The translations under genes were made by a program, and so were the position numbers. The notes under the pieces are model-generated. The model saw only the letters and a program-made list of their open reading frames with translations, was not told the DNA's origin and did not search any database. Of a stretch of DNA of 64,000 bases, positions 53,367 through 64,000 are shown one piece after another (position 1 is the stretch's first letter; the number at the start of each line of letters is the position of its first letter). This DNA is from the human T2T-CHM13v2.0 reference genome, Homo sapiens: the NCBI RefSeq assembly GCF_009914755.1, contig NC_060935.1; one strand, written 5' to 3'.

Positions 53367-56300
53367 TTACTAGGGACTCAAACTCCTTGAAAATTGGTCT
53401 AGCAGGGGGAGAAATGCAATCATTTTAATCTGGAAGATTCAAGCTATTTTCTTAGACCCTTGATTTTTTCGAGATTCTTGGCTGTCCCCTTACCTATACT
53501 TTCCCTGTGCTCCTAACTCAGATGTGTCCTCTCTCGGTCCCTTTCTCTGCGTTTCGGTCACCACTGCCCTTGTTGAGTGTCCTGTTCCCTCCTCCTCCTC
53601 TCATTTGGAATGTTGCAGAAGCAATCTGCTGGTCTCCTGACTCTAAGCTCCTTTCTCTCCAACCTGCCTTCTGCTCTGGGTTACCATTGTGTACATTCTC
53701 TTTTCTCATCTAGGCTGTGAATTCTTTGGGGTCAGGGAACCAACCATATCTCTTTTATTTTTCTGTCTGCAGAACCTAGCATAGAACCCACAGCAAAATA
53801 CTATGGAAGGGAATTCCATTTCTCCTAGCATACTCTTGTTGCAATAAAGTAAAACAAATATGCAAGCTGAAAGCTTCCCCTGGGCAAGGGATGATAAGTG
53901 GAACTGACTTGTTCAACCCTCTTATTTTAAACTGGAGATGTATACAATGTCATTGGCATTCTCTCGACTTGGTATACCACTTTTATTGAACATGAAAATG
54001 CATTGAAAATGCTTTCTGATGGTCACTGCAACCTCAGTCCTTTAAGGACTTAAAACTTATTTTACATCATTTATACTTTTTTTCTTATACTGACTTAAGA
54101 TCTTTAACCTTCATTAAATAAGAAGACAAGAATGGCCACAGACATTTCCTGGAACCTAACCCTATAGGTAGGGACAGTCTGCTGCCCTTACACGTATTTT
54201 GATCAAGAAATATGCCCTAAAATGCTTTGAATGCTGTGCGGGTCCCCAGCAGTGGAGTCTTAAATGCAGCTCCAGGGAAGCTAGACCACATCCCTGCTAT
54301 GCCCTGTCAAGCTGCATCTACCGAATTAGGGTAGGAGTTAACATGTTATACAATGTGACCAATGGGATCAGAAGCAATAACATGACCTGTCAGCCAGTGC
54401 TTTCCTGACAATTCTGGGGTAAAGAGATTGCCTGCTAGGGAGCTGCGGGGGCCAGGAGGAGGGGAGGAAGAGCTGGTGTGGGATATGGGGGGATAGGGCT
54501 ATTTTATTCCTTATTTACAAAAGTGGTGCTTGGTAGGGAGAGAGTGGTAAATTGGCTTTATTTTCATAGTCTTATTTTAGAGTTTTGCTTGCAGGCTGCA
54601 AAACCAAAAGCCTTTTCTTAGATGGGCATGGGCAAGAGTTGCAAAACTTTAAATGCAGCATTTCAGGAGCTTGAAGGTCTCTTGGGAGCAGAGCCAGAAA
54701 GAAAGTTCTGTAAGGCCCCTTGTTTTCTCAGGGTGAGGAAGGTTCACCTCAGTCAACGCTGTGGACAGACAAGGCCAAGAAATGCAACTGAAGGTTGGGG
54801 ACACCTGGCGCCAGCTGAGAGGTGATTGAATCCTGGCTTGTGTTTGTTGGCATTGGGGCCCAGGGCTGGCCTCAGCTTGTAGCAGATGAATTCCCTAATT
54901 TTGTTGATCAGGAAGAGATGCAGCTCAGTTCCTGTCTGAACTGTGCAGAAGCTACCCTTAAGTGTGTCAGCTAGGACTGATTTACAGAACCACAACCAAC
55001 AGCTATTTCAGTGGTAGAAAATTTAAAAAAGGAAGGGTTCTATGAAGAGCAACCTCACTTGCTCAAAACTCTGATAAGTTCCACATTTGCAACAGGTCAT
55101 TGGCTGAAATTCCTAAGCACTAACTTCCTAGAGCTCTCTGTCCCATTGCTACAAATTTAAACCTTTGTGACAACACTGACCACATATATAGGACGAAAAG
55201 GGAAACTAAAGGTCTTTCTTTAATAGAATTTATATTTGATCTCTATGTTGCTTGATACCTGGACCACTCTCAAGGACTTTGGCTTGGAGCTCCATGGTTT
55301 GGCTACCTGATGAAATTTCTCTCTCTCTATCTAGCCTCTTAAAACCTGATTTCTGCCCTTTCCTTCTAGGCAAACTGGATCCCTGAATTCAGATATGTAT
55401 TTTACCATCCACATCTCTGTGATGGAAAACTCTTACCCAAGTCTATTACCTTACCTTGGAGGCTTCTCACTGATTCACAAACTGAATCCCTCCTTCCATA
55501 AACTGGCTCTTCTGATTTGAAAGATCAGCTCTGAGGCTCTCTGCCTCCTCTTACCTTATTCCTAAAGCATACAATAATTGCTCAATAAATATATATATTT
55601 TAATCAATTTTCCAGTTTCTTTTCTAGACCTAGTCAAGTGGTCATGAAGTGGTTTTAGCCTCCTGGTTTTATAAGAGGAGGACCAGGTCATCAATTTGCC
55701 CTTTTACTAAGGACAGTTTCCCCATAAGGGAAAGCAACTTCTGGAGCATTATGGCAAACTCACCAAGCTTATAATGACTTGAGTTTACCATGTGCCTAAT
55801 CAGGCTTGAATTATCTATAGGTTACCATGTTGCAAGCCTCAGATCTCCATCTGGTAAACTTGAGCAATGTGCCTTCTTACATGTGAGAACTGTTAATAAA
55901 GAGCTTCTGAGAAATACAATCAACAATAATAAATACTTTATCCACATGTTGGAATCACAAATGGAAATTATGACCCTTAATTGTGGTTCTGCACGTCATC
56001 CAGGTGGCAGAACACCTGGAAATCATGGAACACCATGCTCCTTAGAACACCATAATAGTTGCAAAGTTCCACTGAAAAAGACACAGTTAATCCCAATCTC
56101 TGAACTAGTTATAATTTTTATGAACAGAAAATATGACTAGATTGCTGCATACAAATGCAACAGAAAACCAGAACAAAGTATTCAAATCTATTAAAAAATA
56201 TATATCATGACCTAAGCATGGTCAGCTATTTCTGAGTCTTTCCAATAACATTATTCACTACTTTTTTATTAATTTGGTCATTGGCAGGTGCACATAGGAG

Positions 56301-57611
56301 GCCAAATAACAGCCAGTCTCAAAGGCTCAAGAGAAAACTGGAGAAAGAAAGTTGTAAAATGAGAAAATTTTATCAATTAACTTATTTTTTCTGTCAAAGA
56401 AACATTGTTATGTTATTTGACTTTTTACAAAGGAATGCTTCAGAAAAAGTGGAAAAATAGTCTTAGATTAAGAAAGTCCTCCACAAAGAAGAAAACCAAT
56501 CCACTTAAGCCAAAGCAATCAGTGGGTTTAATGCTGGTCATCTCTACCAACTTTGACGAAGCCTACTGTCAGAGATCTGTTGAGAATGCTGCTTTCAAAC
56601 TCACGGGATTTTTCTCAAGACAAAAGACAAAGGCCACTAGTTTCTCAGTTATTGCTCTTCCCCTCCCACCTTACACATCAACATGTTTCTGCAAACCACA
56701 ACACTTGAGCATAGAAAAAAAGTATAAGAAAATCGTATTACGTGTGTGCATGTGTGCATGCGTGCATGCATATATATATATATATGTATGTATATATATT
56801 ACCTTAATTAGACAAGCCCATCAATGTCCAAGAACAGTGTTACTCAAGCTGTCTTCAGAGCAGCAATACTGTTTATCCTGAAAATAAGAAAACACAGAAA
56901 AATACATAAATTCCAAGATTGCCTGCTTTTAAATCTGGTGATTCACAGTCTAGAGAAGGGAAAAAGGGAATCGGAAAATGAATGAGGGCTCTTCACAGTA
57001 GTTTACCTAAAAACCAAGAAAACCAGTAATAGGCATTTTTTTTTTTTCTGATCTTCGTTTTAAAGATTTCTAAGAATATAGGCTGGTGGTTTTAGAATTA
57101 GACTTATATCCAAAGCACTCATGCTGGTCAGGGACTGTATCATGGAAGAAAGAGAAAAGAGGCTCTTGTGTCAAAAATGCTTTGGCCAAATTATTTAGTC
57201 GCTCAGAGTTTAATTTTCCTCATCAGTAAAATGAGACCACTAATACTTACTCCATAGCCCTTTGACAAGAATTAAGTAGAAGAAAATATGTAAAGCTTCC
57301 CACACAATGTCCCACAAATAGTATGCACTGCATACATTTTAGCGTTGGTTCCTTTCCAGCACGTCCTCCTACAAGCCCTTTCCTTCTTTCGTTATTACTT
57401 CCAATACCTATCACAATGTTAGCTCCATGGTGTTTGAGAAAACATAAAATATCACAATGATTTCAAAACAACTATTTTAAAAGCGGAAAAAAGAAATGAT
57501 AATCAAATTCACATTTAATAAGAACAGCTAAATTTATTGAATATTTCCTACGTGCTACAGCAAGTACTAGTATTGCCTACGTACTAATAATTTTATACCA
57601 GTCGTTTCTTT

Positions 57612-57920
<309 letters not shown>

Positions 57921-59859
57921 ACCAGTCATTTCTTTAGTCCTCGCAACAACCATACAGAGAAGGTGATATTAGGAAACTGAAGGGTAGAAAAGTTAGGTTC
58001 CTTTGTTCAGATTGCACAGCTCCTGGGAGGTGGAGCTGGGATTTGTGTCTTTGCAGCCTCACCTCCTGTCCTGTTCTCTTCAGCGCCCATCCTGCTGGCC
58101 TCACCATACTCGAAGCCACGGGACCAGCATGTGCTCCAGATGATGCCACACACTCCATTAGATTTTCCTTCCCTTCTTTCTCTTTTCCTTCCTTCCCTCC
58201 TTCCTTTTTTCCCCCTTCCTTTTCTTCAACCTTTAATTTAAATTTGAATTCACCATCTTACTTATTTTTTTTTTGTTTTGCTTTGCTAGACTAGGACAGA
58301 ATATTGGTCATTTCAGTATAACTGGGTTCTTCTTTTGAGGGAAGATTTTTTCTAGCTGTGTCATCTCAGATGACTCACTGAATTCCTTTGAACCTTGTTT
58401 TTTTTTCTCTCTCTCTCTGTAAAATGAATGCATTAGACAAGATGATGTTGAAAGGCCCTTCCCAGTTTATTGGTACTATGACTGGCTACTTTGGAAGCAG
58501 TTTTAGATCATGCTGGTGTTGAGATCTTCATGGATGTGTCAGAGTTGTGGACTCTAACAGCAATTTTGCTTGCTTTAGCTAAGTCTAAAATTTCAAATTT
58601 CTGTGAAGAGACATTTATATTCACAAATATTTTTTAAAGAGCTTACAAATGGGGAAACTGAAATTCAAAGACATTGAGTAATTCACCCAAGGTCACTCAG
58701 AAGTGGCGGAGCCAAAATTCATATCATACAAGTTTCTGTATCTTCAAAGTCCATATTCTTTGTGGTATCCCAACCCTACCGGAAGGTACCATACAGAAAG
58801 TTAACTGACTGGAATTACTCTTGTTTCTGAAATCTGACTCAAAATTTAGGGTGATAATAATAACTATCATGTGTTATAAGCTCATTATGTCCCAGCCAGT
58901 ATCAGAGCCTTACATATATCTCATTAAGTCCTCCTACCAAACCAAATGTCAGGTACTATAATCACCCTCTTTTGATACATGAAGAAACTGAGGCACTAGG
59001 ACTAACATTACTTGCCCAAGTCATAGAACTAATAAATAAAATTTCTAGGATTTGAACTAGGAACAACTAAAATTTAGCAAAGTTCATGGTTTATTATTTT
59101 CACTGGCATATGGCAGTCATGATGCAATTTACAGTTAATAAGCTGCAGTCGTGAGTACTGCAAGAAAAAGTTGGAGAAGGTTAGTGTATGTGAGAGTGAA
59201 CCGCAAGACAGCCTTGTCACTTAATAATTCGCAGACTCCAATAAAGAAGAAGAGAAGGATATTTTTTAAAAGATTGTTCAGGGATTGTTGAGAACCTGCC
59301 TCCTGAACTGTTTCCCCATTAAAACTGCCAGCTTTTGTCATTCAGTCTGACAATGAGAAAATAAATGACAAAGTGAATTTCAAGGGACAGTGTTTGTCAG
59401 TGAGGTTTGCAATGTCCTTCACACATTAGGGAGTCCGGCTGACGTGCTGTCCCACCTTGGGCGGAGGGAAACTGAGCTCCAAGGAGAAAGCAGGTAAAGC
59501 AAACGAAGAAAAGAAGCTCTGTTTATTTAGTTGGGTCCAGATTCACCGAGAAAAATGACTTCCAGATGCATTCCAAACATGGCAACATGATTAGGATGGA
59601 GAAGGCAGTCAAGTCTATTTGGCTTCTGCAGGGGATTTGTTTGTATATTCTAATTGCATCATCATTTAGCTTTATTTCATCTGGAACCTGGCTGCCAAAT
59701 GAGCGTATTGATTACCTGTCACAGATGCATATTTCTCAATTAAAAGCCATCAAGGCTTGTAAAATCTCAACCATGTCAAGACCAACTAGTGGATTTTAGC
59801 ACTGCTGTTAGTAGTCACATTAGCCCCTACTACTGAACAGCAGCTACAAGCTTGGCACC

Positions 59860-60040
59860 TTACATATGCTGGCTTATTTAAATGTCACAACCCCATTCAA
59901 AGTAGACGTTGTTATTTTCCATCTTTCTAATGAGGAAGCAGAGGCTCAGAAAGATTAAAAACCTTGTCCAAGGCCACAAAACTAGTAAGCAGTGGAGGAA
60001 GGATTTGAACCTATGTATGTCACATTCCCATTCCACAGGG
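59860..60040 (-). mobile_element. MIR SINE
   Basis: atgaggaagcagaggctcagaaagattaaaaaccttgtccaaggccacaaaactagtaag. Confidence 0.85.
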
Positions 60041-60094
60041 CTTTCTGCCACACACAGGCAGTACAGAGTGCATGTTAAGTACTGCCATTGACAC

Positions 60095-60290
60095 ACTGCT
60101 TGCCTTGAAAAGTCAGCTCTGTCATTTACTAGCTCTGTGATGTTGAACAAGTTTCTTAACATCTCTGTGTCTCAGTGTCCTCATCTGTAGAATCAAGGAA
60201 ATAACACTTTGTGGAGTTGTTAAGATTAAATGAGCTACTATATGTACAGATGTAGACTACTACCTGAAATAAGGAGTAACCATTATTTTT
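60095..60290 (+). mobile_element. MIR SINE
   Basis: cagctctgtcatttactagctctgtgatgttgaacaagtttcttaacatctctgtgtctcagtgtcctcatctgta. Confidence 0.85.
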
Positions 60291-62756
60291 ACATCCTCTG
60301 GATACCGTGAAAGACAAACTGTAAATTTTGACCTTCAAAACTTGCTGTAGGCACTTTGTACTTCCAAAGACTTTGCAACAATTCAATTTTCCTCACAGCA
60401 CCTCAGTGTTTCAGGTCAGACCACTGTCTCTCACTCTCAGACTGAGATGTGAGGAGCAACTGTGCTGAAATATTTCCAGTACATTCAATTTCTGATTCTC
60501 CTGATTACGTCTGAATAAACACATAATGATACTATTTATTTTTGTATTCTACATACCTTGAAATCTTAGGTCTACTCCTCACAACAATCCCACAATTAGG
60601 TGTTATTGCCTCGATTTCACAAATGAAGATGATGTGAGCCATAAAATCAAGATGATCTTCCCAAGTACATATAGTTGGTAAATAGCGAGGCTTAGATTTG
60701 AACCGAGATATGAATGTCTTTCAAATGTGTATGTTTGCATTCAAATTGTGATACTTAAACCATTAATTTCTCCTTGTCTCCCTGGTAAACTCTTCCTCAT
60801 CTGTTCAGATTAACCAAGACATCTATGACTTTCCTTGACATTTATCTATTGCACATATATTTTATGGAGCCCTCTCTATCTTCCAGATACTTTAGGTGTT
60901 GTATGAACAGTGATGAACACAAGACATGGTCTCTGCTTTCATGAAGCTTACAGCTTAAAGACAGTAAGGTACAAGTACACGCTTGAAGGGCCCTGAGAAG
61001 AAAAAAATAAGGGTGACTGGGTGGAGAAAATTGAGGGCAACAGGCCAGTGGATGACATAGGAGCTCTCTGAGGAAATGACATTTAAGCTAAGATGAAGGA
61101 TGAGAAGAAGGCGATATGTGAGAATGGGGGAGGGGTTCCTGGAAGCAACAGGAGCATGTGCCCAGAGCTCAAGACACAACAGGAGCATGGGAACCAGAAG
61201 AAAGGGGACCGGATGAAAGCATGTATAGCTGGGGAAGAATAAGAAAGAGGGGGTGGAGTTGGGGTGGGGCTCAGTGGAAGCAGTTGGAGAAACGGTCTGG
61301 GGCCACAATATTCATGATCTAGTGGACCACAGTGAAGCATTTGGGTTCTGAGTCCTACAGAGCCTCGTGTAGCCCTTGTTGGTAGTCATTATAACATTGC
61401 ATTGTCATCCTATGCTTACCTGTCTGTTTCTCCCTCCAGACCATAAGCTTCCTAGGTGCCTAGAGTTCAGGACAAAGTGGGCATTCAGCAAATTAGACAA
61501 ATTAATGAAAACGTTTTATAGCACTGTGATTCTATAAGACAATTATTGAAAGATAAACATAAAAAGCCTAGAGTAAAAAATGAAACTAGTATTTTTGTTC
61601 CTGGATGAGAAAAAAAATCCTGGCTAAGAATAAATTATATATATATATATACACATACACACATATATTTACATTTACGTAAAAGTTGATAGGTATTATA
61701 CACTAATAATGATAAGCAACATTATTAGCTTGGCACTAGGCTCACTGCTTTATATGGATTTCATTTAATTTTCATGACAATAAACATGAAGCAGTTACTG
61801 CTAATCTCCATTTAGCAGGAAAAAATCCAAAAAACAAAATTGGGACAGAGTTCAAATAAATTACATAGGGTGACAAAGATAATACTTACACTGCTGCAAT
61901 TCAAATCCAGGTATTTTATTCAAAGTCTACATATGTAACAACTTGGTAACTTAAAATCATCTTTCAAGATAGTTTATCCTTGAATTTTTTTAATTTAAAA
62001 AATGTAAACACGGTATGTAAAAGTAATAGTTAATGAAGTGAAATGAGCAGTAGTAAGCATTAAAAAAGAAATTAAATTTTTAACAATAGTAACTGATTAA
62101 TAGAAAGATAAAGTTTGATGGAATTTTGTTAATGATTAAAAAATAAAAAAAAGGAAAGCACTCAACGCATTGGGATGGTGTTTTGCAGAGGTATTTGTTT
62201 CAATTGTTTTGTTTCCATCACTTTGCTGGTATATTACACAAAAATTAGCAGAAAAATACAAGGGATGGGAGGTTTAATTTTTCTAAGAGAAGCAGATGAA
62301 CAAGATGGATAAACAAGCCAATATCTGTATTCTTCACACTTTTTCTATTACTATTCCCGGGTGACTGTGTCTAGGCCTTCTTCCTCCCCCTGCTGTCTGA
62401 ATAACTCCTATTCATTCTTCAGCACCCAGATAAAATTCCTCTCAATCTGGGAAGCCCTACCTGGCCTCCCAGACTTCCACCACAACACATCCATTTCCTT
62501 TGTACAGTTTACAAAATGTCATAGTACAATCTAATTATTCTGCTCAATCATTCTCTCTTAATGCAGTGAGAGAAGGGAACAGAAATATGGAATTGTTCAA
62601 ATATGTAAATACTGATTTAGACGCTTTGATTGAATAACTCCATTAAGTTTTCATAACAGCCTTGTTGTATATACACTTTTATCTCCATTCTACAGATGGG
62701 AAAACAGGCTCAACAAAGGCAATTTGCTCATATTAGTGGGAACTGATTACGTATGC

Positions 62757-63138
<382 letters not shown>

Positions 63139-63221
63139 TAATGATGAGCCACATTCAGAATGAGAGTCCAAGGTGAGTCTCCTGCTCTCAAAGCCCTAGG
63201 TTGCTCTGTAACGCTTTACAA

Positions 63222-63472
63222 CCTGTGGGTTAAGAGTGTCACTACTAGAGCCATCCTGCCTGGGTGCAAATCCCAGCTCTAATCCTACCTACCTATATGA
63301 TCTTGAGCACATTACAAAACCTGAGACTCAGTTTCCTCATCTGTAAAATGGAGATGATAATGATAGCATTCATCTCATAGAAATATTATGAAGATGAGAA
63401 GAGATAATATATGTGATGAGTTTAAGCTGTTCTTAGCACTTAGAAGACTTAAAACTGTGAGCTGTTATTATT
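63222..63472 (+). mobile_element. MIR SINE (near full length)
   Basis: ggttaagagtg...ctgcctgggtgcaaatcccagctct...ctcagtttcctcatctgtaaaatggagatgataa. Confidence 0.9.
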
Positions 63473-64000
63473 TGGTCCTTTCAAATAAAAAAGAAAGTTA
63501 CATGTTAAATAATAAGCATCACCTTATAGAACACAGACAAACTGGGGCCTGATCGGAGTAGGGTGAGCAGAAAAGAGGAAGACTTGCCATGCTGTTGAAA
63601 GGGTCCCTACATACATCATTTACCTTGGAGAAGAAAATACTCAGGAGCGACAGGACAGCTACTGTTACATGGCAATTATTCTCTAAAAGGCTGAGCTCTC
63701 CAGCTTGCTGAGTTCTCATCAGCATCACCTGTTTATCCTCATAGCAAATGCCACTAGGAGGGAGAGACTCCATTCACATTTTTAATTTAGATTGTTCATT
63801 TTACACCCAAGGCGGGGAAAAAGATCAGAAACTGATAGGACTTGACCATGATTACAAAGAGTACAAGAGATGGGATTCAAACCCAGCTTTATCTTGTGCC
63901 AAAATGTGTGTCCACAGCCACACGCTGTGCTGCCTCAACAGGTCCACTTCTTCTTTATGACAGTTTGTCAGCTGCTACATTATCCTGACTATGACTAATA

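Noticed and set aside
56405-56881. 158-aa ORF in mostly unique sequence
   Set aside because: Non-ATG start, runs through TG/TA repeats, no recognisable domain or convincing exon boundaries
59860-60290. Inverted MIR pair as a dsRNA hairpin
   Set aside because: The MIR copies appear too diverged for a long stable duplex, and such pairs are expected at this MIR density
63520-63690. Minus-strand splice-like sites (AAG|gtaaat; pyrimidine tract ending gatcag)
   Set aside because: Each strong site pairs only with a weak partner

Overview
AT-rich primate DNA, very probably human given a CpG-intact AluYa5-lineage copy. It reads as intronic or intergenic. I see no credible protein-coding gene, RNA gene or CpG island. 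The six-frame ORFs I could trace come from Alu, L1, simple repeats or chance. Much of the window is interspersed repeat: 12 Alu copies (J to Ya lineage), several L1 fragments, many MIR and L2 relics, MaLR/ERVL LTRs, an ERVL internal fragment, and hAT and Tigger DNA transposons. Subfamily calls are from memory of consensus sequences, and boundaries of old repeats are approximate. Features the repeats do not explain: two candidate + strand cassette exons (23744-23840, 32159-32224), three local duplications of different ages, a perfect 15-bp-arm palindrome, a (GGAA)16 array in a 255-bp polypyrimidine tract, a close inverted Alu pair, and several repeat-free islands rich in TF motifs. I cannot name the locus from sequence alone and found no evidence of a new multi-component biological system.
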